A stretch of 62,980 nt of DNA, the filler included, from Reclinomonas americana ATCC 50394 (Eukaryota), in NCBI GenBank assembly GCA_048213135.1. It is 9 parts of 9 records of this genome, joined end to end, with 100 filler letters (N's around TTAATTAATTAA, not from the genome) between each part and the next. Parts side by side here need not be neighbours in the genome. Positions count along the whole stretch, not along the records: positions 21,763 to 31,529 come from AFZH01018058.1; positions 31,630 to 37,271 come from AFZH01018059.1; positions 37,372 to 45,767 come from AFZH01018060.1; 6 more parts are not named here. One strand, given 5' to 3'. Below are positions 29,274 through 42,383 of this stretch, piece by piece (position 1 is the first letter of the stretch; the number at the start of each line of letters is the position of its first letter). The translations under genes were made by a program, and so were the position numbers. The notes under the pieces were generated by a model. The model saw nothing but the letters and a program-made list of their open reading frames with translations. It had not been told where the DNA came from and did not search any database.

Positions 29274-31529
29274 TCAGCTGGACGCAACGTGCAACTCACT
29301 GGCATCCGACGGCAGTTCGCCAATGTCGAGCTGCACGCGAGGAGAGAGCAAAAATGAGCGTGCGGAGGCATGGAGCATGCACATTAAGAGTCCGACGCAA
29401 CGGTGGTCGACATGGGTCGCGGCCATGACTCGCCCAGTCGCCCGGCGTCGGCCATGGCAGGATCGAGGAGCTGCGATGCTGTGCGTGCGGGAGTTGCCAA
29501 AGTCAGCGCGACGCCAGCGCACTGTGTTTTCTCCAACATGGCAAACCATTCCGCTGATGCTTGTCGAGATCAATAAATTGCTTGGAGCACACGGCGGCCG
29601 ATTCGGGATGCAGCGTGATCATGACAAAGTACGCCGTCAGCGGCTCCACGTCATGCCGCAAGACAGGAGACTGGTGCAAGAAACGTCAGCACACCCCTCA
29701 CTGCGTGGCGTCGACGTGCAGGCGAGACGCAACGGCGAGAATGGCCTTGGAGAAGCGAGCGGTGGCATCGGAGACCACTTGCAGCGTGATCTCCTGTCCG
29801 TTCGGCAGAGTCGACCCAATGCTGTACCAGTCGCGCAGCAGCAAGTACAACTCCTTGACAAGCTGGTGACACGACGTTAGGAATATATGACAAACAACAG
29901 AACAGAAAACAAGAGACGCGCGCACCAGCAACTGATACTTGCGGTTGGAGTCACTGTCGGGGACGATGCGCATCAACTGTGTGCACACACAACACGCGCG
30001 CGCGTGTGAGACAAAAGTAGTCCACAGGAAGGAGGAAGGCGGTAGGAGGCACGGACCTCATTCCAGTTGTCGGAGAAGGTGCCGTCACAGCAGTCCATGT
30101 ACTCGACCAGTATCCGCTGCAGGGCCTCGAATATCTTTTTCTGCGGACGGGATGAGCTCACGAACCTGCATCGCTGCGCGGGTGGGTGCGGTGGACAAAC
30201 CTCCAGGATGGGATAAACTTGACTGTGGATGGACTTGATTTGGTCAGGCGTGAACGACTCCGAGACCGAGAGAAGAATGGAGAGGTACTCGTCGGTGAGG
30301 AACGACAGGGTGTCCATCCACTGCGAGAAAAAGCTGGGATGCGTGGCGGCGAACACGTCGAGTTCGGCGGAGAAAGCGCAGGCCTTGGTCTCAAACAGTG
30401 GCTTTGCAGGTGGTGGAGTCGCCTGCCGCGGTGGTGTCGACGGCTGCGACATGTCGCCGTCGTCAGTGTTGATGGTCGACTGCGCAGAAATAATCAAAAG
30501 AGAGTGAGCGAAAAACAAGAGAAGCAAAGATGTGGATGCACAACGCGCAACATTGACTGTCCTTGGTGCTGACTGTTGTTGCTGTCGTTGCGATTGCTGT
30601 TGTTGTTGTTGTTGTTGTGACGGCTGCTGCAGCTGCTGCTGCTGCTGAACGTGGCCCTTGGTGGCCTTCAAACTCGGCGACGCAGTGCTTGTGCCGTTGG
30701 TGGCCGGCGACTGCATCGACACGAGTGAGCAAACTGGCGACGGTCATCACCACATCATGCCAGTGGCCTCTACGCATACCTCAACGCCGTTGGCAGTCGG
30801 CAATCTCCGTGCGGGTACTGTGCCCTCCTGCTCCAGCTTGGTGCGGGTGGAATGGTAGTGGAACACGCACAGGAACAGGAAGCGATTCATCTCCAACTCC
30901 TGCTGCTCCAGCGAGCGATTCGGGCTGCGTCCAGCATCGTGTACATCCCACGTTAGCATCACTCACTTGCCACCCACCAGTGACGCGGTGCAGCAACTAC
31001 GCAACTCAAAGTACTTTTGCCGCACGACATTCTCCAAGAATTGCAAAAACGAGCGATAAACAATCTGCTGGTGCTGGAACACCAGCTTGCCAATGAGCAC
31101 ACACTGCTCGAAAGTGAGATACACTGGATCCTGTTGGCCAGCGGACGCAGTCAGCGCACGTCCACCACACACACACACACACAAATGAAGAAAAAACAAA
31201 GTGGCTCTCGGACAAACCATCTTGGCACGCACAGCATCTCGATTGCTGCGTCCCAGTCGGGGTCCCGTCATGCCGAGCTCCGACAGGGTCACCGTGCGTG
31301 CAAACAAGAAGAATACCAAGTCATCCTCGTTGTAGGTCTGCAGTATCATCAGCATCATCATGTCAGTCCGGTGGTGCAGCTGGCGCGACCATCAAAGACC
31401 ACCCTCCGGAGACTCACCCCGTCCAGGAATCGTCCCATGAGCTCGAGCTCCAGGAATTTTTCGCGGAAATTGTGGACCGACAAGATGACATCCCACGAGT
31501 ATTGCTCGCCAAGCGCGTGGATACCGTGC
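29274..31529 (-). CDS. Hypothetical multi-exon protein with a poly-Q region; 5' end in a gap
   Basis: Spliced ORF segments ELMGRFLD-TYNEDDLVFFLFAR, QDPVYLTFEQC, ELEMNRFLFL, ELDVFAATHPSFFSQW. Stop position approximate. Confidence 0.6.
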
Positions 31530-31629
31530 NNNNNNNNNNNNNNNNNNNNNNNNNNNNNNNNNNNNNNNNNNNNTTAATTAATTAANNNNNNNNNNNNNNN
31601 NNNNNNNNNNNNNNNNNNNNNNNNNNNNN

Positions 31630-34600
31630 GGTGATGGTATCGTAGTAAAAGACCGGAGCGAACTCCTGCACAGCAAGCACGACTGAGCACAACGGGAACA
31701 CCTGCACGCAGCGGCGCTGTCGTGTGACACACGCACCGACTTTTGCTCGCGCTCCAGTGTCCGCCGCGCAACACCATGCGGCACTTGTAATCTGTGTGCC
31801 AACCGATCCACATGATCAGCACGAGTGGAGAGGAGAATGCACGAGATAACACACACCTCTTTGTGGATTCCGTGGTCAAATACACGGCACGCGAGTCATC
31901 GACTTGAGCTGCATGCACAGGAGCAATCAATATCGCTCCCAGTGACACGTACACTCTGTGGCGCCACGACATACCTCCGACTTGGACGAAGAATGCAACC
32001 GCCGGATGCTCATTCCGCAAAAGCACCGAGCTGCGGTGCACATTCGGCTCATCGACACGTACAAATGGCGGATACATCTGCAATACACGAGAGGGAAGGC
32101 GCTCAGCAAACGCAGCAGCACGCATGCATGTACTCTCGCTGCGCGGAGTACCTGCCCAACACTGTCCGTCCGTGTCAAGGCGATTTCGCTGGCCAGCAAT
32201 CTGTGCGACACGGCGTGTGAGACGAAAACAAACGAGCTCACACAACGTGAGCACACACAAGGCGATGCGCACCGCTGGAGACGCTGATCAACTGGCGGCG
32301 CATTAGGCACGCTCAATGTCGGCGGGGTCACGTGCAGCACACTCGGCGGCACAGCCAATCGATCCAGATCCGCAAAATCGGCCATCTCAGCGTACAAGGT
32401 CTGGGCGACCAGACCGGCTTCGACACGCACAACCAGCGGCACCGTGAGCTGCCGGAAACAGATGCGCGCTGCGTGGAAAAACAACTGCAGGTCAATGGGA
32501 GAGCTCTACCGAGTCGGTGAGGGAGAGGCAACGCACTCGGGCGGTCGGTTCCTGGTGGCGGCTCGTCGGGCGGTGCCGTGTACTTGATGTTGAACTTGCG
32601 CAAGTACTCCTTGACTCTGTGTATATGTGAGAAAGTGTGTTGCAAGTTGGGTGTGCGTAAATGTCGGTGGCGCAACTCGGCGAGCTTGGGTCGGCGGCGT
32701 TCCACGCGCGTCCACGTCCGTCGTCCGCGACCAGCTCGCCCACCGCGGCGATGCTCATGGTCGACGCCGTGCACTGCAGTGGCCACAAGTCAGCACGCGC
32801 ACAACAACTAATACTAATTGGTCCGCCGGAAACGCACCACCAAGCTGCATCTGCTTCTCGAAAAACGTGACCACAGTCTCGGCATCCACTCGCACAATGA
32901 CGGTGCGCGTCTCGCCTGGATTAATGGGCTCGTTGAACTCGACAACTTGCCCGAACGGACACGATTGCTGTGCGAGTGGAGGTTGAGCCCCGAGTGCGAC
33001 AATGGTGACTCGAAAAAAATGAGGAAACGGAGCACACATACCTCTGCGCTGCGGATAGTGACGTGCAAATCCTGCAAAATCTTGCGATCAAGAGCCAACA
33101 CACTCGGCGCGAGAACCGACGGTGCTGCGACTCCCTTGGCGCCGACGACCGGCTTGACCGTGGCAGTGGCTGCGGTGGTGCGAATGTGAGCGACACCTGG
33201 ACACGACAAGCACGGCAGAATTGTTGAAAATTCATCACCAGCTGGATGGGCAGGAGCCGCGGACGATGCGGGGCGCACTGGTGACGCTTGGCGCTGGTAG
33301 CCGGCAAACTGATTGTTGAAGGAGAGAGCCCTCGAGCGCACTGAACAAACATTCGAATCAATCAGCACGCACTGACCCCACGTCCCTTCTCGCAATTCAC
33401 ACAAAGACGCAACGGGGTGCGACAGTCGACCCCGAGTTGAAGGCACTCGCAGGGCGTGCTCCAGCAGTGTCACCAGCAGCGGTCGTGAACGGTCCCGCGT
33501 GCGATACCAGATGACCGGCAGGCTGCACCATAGGTGACGCGGAATCGCCGGGGCGAGCAACTGCGAAGCACAAACTGAGCAAGGCGTGCGCGTGAAGAAG
33601 GCACACGTGCGACACTGCGAGCAGACTTACCAACGAAAGTGGCATCGGAGTCAATCGACTCGTCGTCTGTCGACGAATCCCCCAGAGACTCGTCGCCAAA
33701 CTCGTGTCCCGGTGGCAGTCGGGCGATTGGCGGCCGGAAACTGCACACACACTCACGATCAGTGACAACGTTGCACGGTAACCAGAGCAAGCTTCACTTC
33801 TTACACAACTCTTTCAGCATGCTGTTGCTGATATCCGAATCGACGGACACCACGACACTGGCCACCGGGTGAAGGCCGATGTTGCTGAGCAGCAGCTGCG
33901 TCTCGATGCTGTAAACCGCGCATCGTTAGCACCATCGACGGAGGTGGTCAGCCGACAAGAGAGGCGCACGCACGTTTCACCGGGAAACAGGTCGAACTCG
34001 GTGCTGTACGGCAGCTCAAATGTGGCTGTCAGAGTCGGCAGAGGCGGCAACACGTCCATCGTCGGCACCGGATTCGCTACAATCACCGTCATCGGGCTGT
34101 GACGACCCCGAGTGAGACAAGTGTGCATTTCTTCTGCCCGTTTCCACAACACGTACCAGTTGGGGCACTCACGGCACTTGTACTCCACGTGGCGAATGTA
34201 CAATGTACCGGAAGACACAGCCGCGCCGCGGATGCGAATGTGCTGTCGTGAGCGTGACGGCACAAACATGACGCGCGGTTCGGCATTGAGACGGAAAAAG
34301 TCGGTGCGCACGGGCGTTTCGGCCGTCGGCAACGTGCCCTCGGGCACCAACTGGCACCCGAGTTGCACATCGATAATGTTCAGATCGCACGCCAGCGGAT
34401 TCTCAAAGCCCACTTCCACCTCGCACAGCTCGCCCTCGCTCCACTTGATCTGCACGCGACACATATGCCATCAGCTTCTTGCCTGCATGCAGCAATCTAC
34501 GCAGCAGACACGCGCACCTTTTGTCGATCCTTCTTCTTCTCAAACGGCGAGTAAATGAAGATGCTCTTGCGTGCTCCCGCCAGCTCCTCCACGTGCGGCT

Positions 34601-37271
34601 CCAGGTCACCATGAAGCCTGCGGTGAGCGACAAAGAGAGTGCAGTGATGAGTGGCGCTGTCGGAGGAAGCACGTGCATGACGAGAGTACGCACGGAAGCG
34701 GCATAATGTCGGACAACAGGAGAATGTTGGGCATGATGGTGCGCAACGAGTGCACCGGCAGCGCACTGGAGTACTGGTGCAGCTGCTGCAAGACGTACTG
34801 TTGCTGCGACTCGTCCTCTTTCATGCAGTCGTGAAAACACTGCAGCAAAACACCATACAACCGAGTGCACAGTAGCGAATCTGCGAGCCGCCACCCGTGT
34901 GAGACGCGTCTCGACGTTTCCTCTTGCCACGCTGCTCGCCAAACCTTGTGCATGCACAGCAAGATCGACCAGTTCCCACAGAATGTGGTACTGAATGGTG
35001 CGCCAGCCGTAGATCGGCGACCGCACGGCAACCAGCGGCACGTCGGGCAACGACGAGAAGGAGTGAGGGCCGAGCTGCAAGCAGTCCATGTGGTAGAACT
35101 GCAAGCATCGTTGCAGCACTGAGCACGCCTGTACACACACATACACACGATAGGTGAGTTCGACAGCGCGACTTGAGAAGAAACGACTGACAAGCGAAAG
35201 TGCCTTTGGCGATTGCTCGAGCGAGTCGAGCGCCAGGGCGGCCTGTCGCATGAAAAAGGCGTGCTTGCGGTGCATATTCATCTCGCGAGACAAGGCCGCA
35301 GCCAGCAGACACACAGGAACCTGGGTGACAGCAGATTCGGTGTGAGACAAAGAGAGGAGGAGAGAAATGGGCAGCATCGCACGTCACCTTCTTTCGTCGC
35401 TCTAGGTGCTTGAGCGACAGTTCCACAGCCTCGGTAATGTGATCCTGCGCTTCCACTCGCTGATTCGACACCTTGTGAATCTGGCCGAGCAGCATCATCA
35501 CCTACCACAAGCGGTGAGCAACATGTCAATGAAAACAACTTTGCACACACACATGCGTCGCAACTCCAACTGCCAGGTCCATCGCACGCTCGCCCTGGTA
35601 CAACTTGAGGGCCTCTTTCAGATAGTCAATGGCCTTTTGGTACACCGACTGACGCGTGTTGGACTCGCGCTGCGCCTTCAGCAAGGTGGCGACCGCCAGA
35701 CCCTCAAGCGCACCAGCCACCCACACAGAATCGCTGATAGGCCGCAGCGTCTCGCACGCCAGTTGGTATCTGTGCCGCACCGTCGAGAGTGAGCCACCCA
35801 GGTGGTTGGAAAAGGAAGGGAAAAAACAACGAAACTGCACAATGGCATCGTCAATGTCGCTGAGCAGCAAAAAGTGATCGGCGCGCCACTTGGCCGTCCG
35901 ACCCGTTTCGCGCTTTTGCATCACCTTTGGTTTGGCGGTGCCTGGTGCAGTGCGGATGCCAGAGGCCGCAGACGAGGAGCGCGGTAACTCGGTGGCACGT
36001 GATTTTGTACCCGCCACAGACACGCTGCTCCCAGTACCAGCCGCGGCCGCCGTAAAGTTGGCTGCCACTCTGTGCAGTCACAAATGAACATGTGTGATTA
36101 ATGCATCGCGCCACACACGCCAACACACGGTAAATGGGGCAGCAGGATGACGCACCCTCCCACCGAGTCGAGATCGCCCGTGTTGACGACGCCGAAGTCG
36201 AGGGCCGAGTTGAGAAGGAGCGAGCGATGCTCGTAGTACGACAACTGTGTGTGACGGAATCAGCCAGCGCAGAATGTGAAAGAGGAAGGGACAGACACAC
36301 ACACCAGCTTCTCGGTGTCGGTGAACACGGCCGACACCACGTCGGCAATGAGCGTGCGCAGGAAGAAATCCAGGCGATCCCGAATGTTGGGAATCATCAC
36401 CATGCCGTCCATGACGACATCCTCTTGCCGCTCCATGGGCTCGAAGCAGAAGACGCGCGTGATGACGCCCTGCGTCGAAAGAACATGTCCGTGTTAGACT
36501 CTATGCGCGCGTGTGTGTGTGCATGTTTGCGTGCGTGGGCACACTCACCCGCAGGGGAATGGAGGACAGCGAGTCCGACTCGTCACTGGCCTCATCGAGG
36601 CTAATGTCCTCCGGATCGACACTGCCTCGCCGCTGTTGCAGCACGTCATCATCGGCACTGCTGCCACCCCGCAGCACCGACACGTCCTCGGCAGAGTGCG
36701 GAACACTGCCCGGACTGCGTTGGCCTGCAGGAGGGGCGAAACAAGAAAAATCGTCAGCCGACAACAAGCAGAGGGGCCACTGTGCAACACAGACCGCCTG
36801 CATTCTGCTGCAGAAACGAGCCATGCGTACCGGTTGAGGAGCGTGTCAGGCGCGTGGGCACGGTACGGGCACGCGCAATCTTGCTCGGCGACGAGGCCAT
36901 GTTGTACGACTCGTTGCCTGCGTGTTTCCGCGATGCGCGTGAGTAAAAAGAAGACGCGTGTGATAGACAAAACAAGCAACACAAAGCGCGCACCCGCCAA
37001 GCTGCCACCCAGTGCATCGTAGGCGTCGGCGAGGGCGCCAGTCTGCGCCTGACTGATTTGCGAAAAACACGACACTCGATCTCGCTGGTACTGCTCATAT
37101 GCCTCCGCCAAGTCTGGGTACTCGACGCAGTGCACCACACCGATAGCCTGCGGTGAGCATGTGTGTGTGTATAGTAGCACACAGAGAGAGAGAGAAGGAG
37201 GGCGGGGAAGACGCACAGCAAAGAGCTTTTGATGTGCGGAAAAGTTGACGTATTCGCCACTGAACTCGCCA
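31630..37271 (-). CDS. TRAPPC9: TRAPP II subunit TRAPPC9/Trs120; both ends fall in gaps
   Basis: FSAHQKLFAAIGVVHC, CFAFEP, GRTAKWRADHFLL, DSVWVAGALEG, RKHAFF, GWRTIQ, FIYSPF, ENPL, FRQLTVPL. Confidence 0.85.
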
Positions 37272-37870
37272 NNNNNNNNNNNNNNNNNNNNNNNNNNNNN
37301 NNNNNNNNNNNNNNNTTAATTAATTAANNNNNNNNNNNNNNNNNNNNNNNNNNNNNNNNNNNNNNNNNNNNGGAGAGCGCGCGCGGAGAGTGGCAGCGAG
37401 GCAATTTGTGACAAGAGGACACTTCGCACGCACACAGTGAATGACTTCCGTGCAAGAAACGCAGTCTGCACTGACTGCTCCTGCGTATCTTGCACGCCAT
37501 CCACGTTGCAGCGCGTCTGTGCAGGTGAACTTTGCATGTGCGACGTCGACGTCGATATCAAATTTAAAGCAATCTCCGACCCTCCGCTGCAGCTTCCAAC
37601 AAGGCGCCACCTGCACGACGACGAGCAGTGTATAGTGCGACACATGCAAGCTCATTAGTTGCTTCTGATCCGCGCGCGCTTTTCACTGTCGGATCCGGAC
37701 TTCGCAGCGCGGTCACCGCTGTGATCTCCACGTGCTCAAAGGCATGCAACATGCAGCCTTGCGTACATGAGAGTGTCATAGTACGCGCGTAGATGCACTT
37801 GCATGCTTGCTCACGCTGCAGCTTGTCGCTGTCTGTCAGGACAACTCTTCTCATCCTCTTTATCGCACTC

Positions 37871-38802
37871 ATGGACGCTGAGTTTGCCGCCAAGCACGCC
37901 GACACTCTTGCTCGCCTCAAGGCCGAGATCGGAGGTACGCACTCTCAGTCAAAACACAAACTGCATTACGTGCTCGTGTCTCTCTCTCTCACACACACAC
38001 ACACAGCATATCCCGACTTCCCCAAGCCCGGTATGCTCCCTCTTTCTCTCTGTGTGTGTGAGTGTTCTCCTCTCTTTCTGACACGCAGTGTGTCAGGCAT
38101 TCTCTTCCGCGATGTGTTCTCTGTCACGCGACTTCCGCATGGAATGCGCATGATCACGGACCTGTTTGTGGAGTTGTACCGCGACAAGGTCGATGTGATT
38201 GTTGGTCTGTGTGTCCTTCTCTCTCTTTTTACAGTGTGCCTGCTTCCTCACATGCGCACACGCGACCCCGAACAGGCATTGAGACGCGTGGTTTCTTCAT
38301 TGGTGGTGCCATGGCCTACGTCATGCAGCTGCCCTTTGTTCCGGCCCGCAAGGCCGGCAAGCTCCCCGGTGAGAACAGGGGGGAAGCAAGGCCTTTGTAT
38401 ATTGATAAAAATGGCTCCAAGGCGGACAGCCTCACCTACCCATTACGTACACAGGTGCCTGTGTGTCGGAGACATACACGCTCGAGTACGGCACCGACAC
38501 GCTGGAGGTGCAAGAGGGCTCGGTGCGACCGGGCGACCGCGTGGTGATTGTCGACGATCTGATTGCCACGGGCGGGACCATGGCGGCCGCAGCCAACCTT
38601 GTGGGTGCGTGCGTGCGAGTTGAGCAAGCAGCTGGTTTGTTTCATTCATTCTTCCGACACACTACTTCCTCTACGCGCCACAGAGAAAATCGGTGGCGTG
38701 GTGGTCGACACGGCATGCATTGTGGAGCTGCCGGAGCTCAAGGGTCGCGAGAAGCTCGGCGATCGCCACCTCACGGTGCTGGTGCAGTACGAGGGTCACT
38801 GA
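37871..38802 (+). CDS. APRT: Adenine phosphoribosyltransferase
   Basis: [58 protein letters not shown]. Confidence 0.97.
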
Positions 38803-38812
38803 TGATGATGAT

Positions 38813-39454
38813 TCACCGGTGCGCACGGCTCTTGGCCACCAGCGCATCCGACAACTTGAGCAGCACCGACTCGAGTGAATCTGTAAGCGTGGCTATGCGC
38901 CGTCGAGCCTCCTCCCTCTCCTGTTCCTCCTCGTGCTCCTGCCACTCCTCCGCAGCAGACCACTGAGTGCTGGCAAACGAGCGGCCCAGACTGTCGCGAC
39001 TGTCGACCAGATCGTGCACGCCCAACCACTCCCGTGTGGCGCGTGGCACGTGCGTGGGCAGCGGTGCGGTCAGCAGCGAGTCGGGCGGCTGACTGACCAC
39101 GCTCGGCACTCCCCTCCCTCGCTCGTGTCGCTGCAATCCGTACGCTGCCGACACTCGTGCAGCGCGACTGTTGGCCTCCTGTGGGCTCACCTCCCCCAGT
39201 GAGCTCGCTGAAACACACATCGAGCTGCATCACCAACTGGTGTACCATGCGCTGCTGCTGCGCCAGCAGTGTCTCCACCTCGTACTGCGTCTTTTGCAGT
39301 GTGGCCTTGGCACGACGCACAGACTCTGTCGACGACCAACGATCAGCAAGCCGGCTTTCCTTCTCTCTTCTTCTCCATCCGTCTCACCTCGAGGCCTTGT
39401 CATGTCGACATACAGCAGCTTTTGTGGGGGGTGGCTGGGGATTGGCTCCAACAT
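38813..39454 (-). CDS. Small hypothetical coiled-coil protein
   Basis: Three exons join in frame (MLEPIP...[15 protein letters not shown]...-EANSRA...AKSRAHR*); no family recognised. Confidence 0.55.
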
Positions 39455-39500
39455 GACGACGAAAAGATTGCCGGGCGCGTGCACAGGACTTCTTATCATT

Positions 39501-41308
39501 TTATTCTGCATCGTCCATCGGCACGGTGTCGTCTTCCACGGAGGCGTACACGGCGTCAAAGAGGGACGCCCACCGCGGGTCGCCACCGAGACCGCCCATG
39601 ATGAGCTTGTTGGGCGTGTAGCCAAAGGCCAGCTCGTTGTCCGGGTCTGCGAAGTTCATTGGTGACAAGTACAAGCTTTGGCCAATGGCAGCTGCTTGCA
39701 CGTACTCACCGGCCCAGCCAACAGAGCCACCACTGCCAGAGTGCCCGAACGTGTTGGGCGTGCGACCGAGGGAGCGCATCTCGGCGTTGAGCAAGAAGCC
39801 GAGAGCGAAGCGGCTCTGCAGACCGAGCAGGATCTGATCGTCGCCACTGCACGGATTGTAAGCGACAGCCGGATTCCTGCGTGCATGGAACGCATGACGC
39901 AACTAGGCTTGCTCGGTGCGCAGCTCGCGCACAGTTTCAGGCTTCAGGAGGCGCACTCGCTCGCCCGTGGTCTCGTCGGCCAGCCCGAGACCGTCGCACG
40001 CCAGCATAGTGTACATGCGCATGAGTGCACGTGCGTTGCTGTGCCCTGTGAGTAGCACGGCATGAGAAGCTGTTGGCCGAGCGTGACAACGCACGCACGC
40101 ACACACGCACACAGAGCGCCTCACCATTGCCGGCAGGGATTTCGGCCTCGATCCACCCCTCGCTGTTGGCCACATTCGGCGCCGCAAAGTCGGCCGGATT
40201 CAGCATGGCCTTGTGCGTCATTGTCGTCGGATCCATCATGGCGGCCATCATGCGACGCACGGCCTCGGGCACACTCTGCTGCATGGCCGCCGAATCCTTG
40301 GGCAGCGCACTGCAGGAGAGAGAAGCGTCACGATCGCGAGAACAGCAACTTCAAATATGAAAGAGCGCAACAATGAAATCACGGGTGCCACTCGCGCCCG
40401 CGTCTCCGCATCGCGCACACCAACGTGCAGGTCGAGCCCGAGTCGCTGCGTGACCTCGCGCTCAAACACATCCGAGAAGCGCGCACCGGGAGTGCCGTCG
40501 GCCCGGCGTACCATCTCGCCCACCAACCACTGCACACAACACACGACGCAATCAGTCACCCGCTGCTTCGCCGTCTCACCACTAGCACTGGCACGCACTC
40601 CAAACGTCAAGGCCTGCGCAGTCCGTCAGTCAACCGCCAAGGAAGGATGCGCGTTCGATTTATGTATGGTGTGCACGCAACGTGATACCCGTGCGCAGTT
40701 CCCGGCTCCCACCACGGCTCCTGCTGCGCCAGCTTCTCGCACATCACCTCCCACTTGTATCCGTCGCCCGGCGCCAGCGTCTCTCGCACCGCCGGATTGC
40801 CGCTCTGGTGCGCCAGCATGTGTCGCAAGGTGGTGCGTTCCTTGCCATTCTGCACCTGCAATGAGCCTCCTTCTCGATGCGTGCACACTGAGCAACAGGC
40901 CTCGCGACGCAACGCAGGCATACTCGGGCCACACATCGCCCACCGGTGCATCCAACGACAGCTTGCCTTGCTCGATCAGCACGTGCGCACACAGGGCAGT
41001 GGCCGCCTATCATGCCACATCAGCGCCATGTGCATGCATTCTCTCACACACACGCAGAAGTTGACCTTGGTGGCACTAAACATGTTCACAATGGTGTCCT
41101 TTTGCCATGGCTGTCTCTCCTCCTCTTGTGACGACGACTCGTTCACGTGCCCCGCCCACAAGTCGCACACAACGCGACCGCGCCACGAGAGTGCCACTGC
41201 AGCTCCACACTCGCTAAAGAGAGGAAAGTTCGCCGCAAAGGCCTCGCGTACGCGTGCAAAGCGCGGGTGGCAGTAGCCAAAGACCTCGGGAACCACGGCG
41301 CTCGACAT
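39501..41308 (-). CDS. Beta-lactamase-family serine hydrolase (family VIII esterase-like), about 7 introns
   Basis: RFARVREAF, GAAVA, DLWAG, catalytic FSATK (SxxK), LAHQSG, WEPGTAHGYHALTFGWLVGE, AEIPAGNG, FGHSGSGGS.WADP. Confidence 0.92.
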
Positions 41309-41803
41309 TGACTGAAAGATGAAGATGCGGCTTGTCCTGTGAGGGTTGCAACAATGCAGCTACCCCTGGTACATCATGGATGGGTAGGAGACTTAGCTGT
41401 AGAAGGCTGCTCCTCTCGGGCCGGTGCATGCGCTGTGAGAAGATCGCGATCGGATAATTCTCGACGTCGAAGTTGTGTACATGTTGTCCATGCGTACACT
41501 GCCCTTGCTTGAGCGTACTTTACCTTCACTGACACGGTGGACGATACACATACTGTCCATCGAGGGACAGCTGTGGAGAGCAGCGCGTGTACGTGTCGTC
41601 GGATACTTGTCGCGAAGTTGTCTCGCGCGTCGAGAGTTCTCGTAGCCGAAGATCCACGGGGACGCAACGAATGCGGTGGGTTGCAAAGTAGTCCTCAAGC
41701 TCCCTCTCCGCGAAACCCCCCTTTGCTCCATTGCGTTTTCCGCGATCGGTGCGTCGAAGCGACTCTCTGTCCTTATTGCCACGTGCAACTCCGTTGCGCA
41801 ACG

Positions 41804-42314
41804 ATGCTCCCGCTTCGCCTCGTGTTCATGTGGGCTGGTGTGGGCGTGGCTGCCGTGCTCTTTGTGGCCTGCACGGTGACATACTACGTGTGGCCTCGCA
41901 TGCTCGTGTGCTTTCCCAAGTGCGGATTGTGGGTCTCACAGGTCGGTCTTCTCTCCCCTCCCTCCCCTCTCGCCGTTTACTCTGTGCTCGCCATGCTGAC
42001 TTGCTTTGTGTGGTGTATGACAGCGTGTGTGGGCGCGCACTCTGGTCGACTTTGTGCGCATGTTGAATCTGCTGGTGGCGGTGGTGAGTCTGGCGACCAT
42101 GTTCTGCATCTGGACAGGCTTTGGAGCGCTGCATTGGGTGGTGTCATCGCTGCTGCTGAGTGTGGCGTGGGCTCTCTTCGGCACCGTCTGGCTGATGGTG
42201 AGCGCGCGCTTGTGCAAATTCGTTGTGTTTTGTTGTTTGCTCACGGTGTCGGTGAAGGCGTCGGCGCGGTTGCCACTGGAGCGCGAGCTGGAGCGACAAA
42301 TGCAACAGCATCAA

Positions 42315-42383
<69 letters not shown>

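Noticed and set aside
37372..37655. HYTLLVVVQ ORF as the TRAPPC9 N-terminus
   Set aside because: It resembles the metazoan N-terminus, but I could not splice it convincingly and it crosses promoter-like sequence; left unresolved.
39845..39910. Apparent in-frame TAG in the beta-lactamase-family gene (recoding or pseudogene)
   Set aside because: Resolved by a TA|GTTGCG donor and the distal acceptor, giving EQAYGDDQIL. I saw no sign of a variant genetic code in the window.
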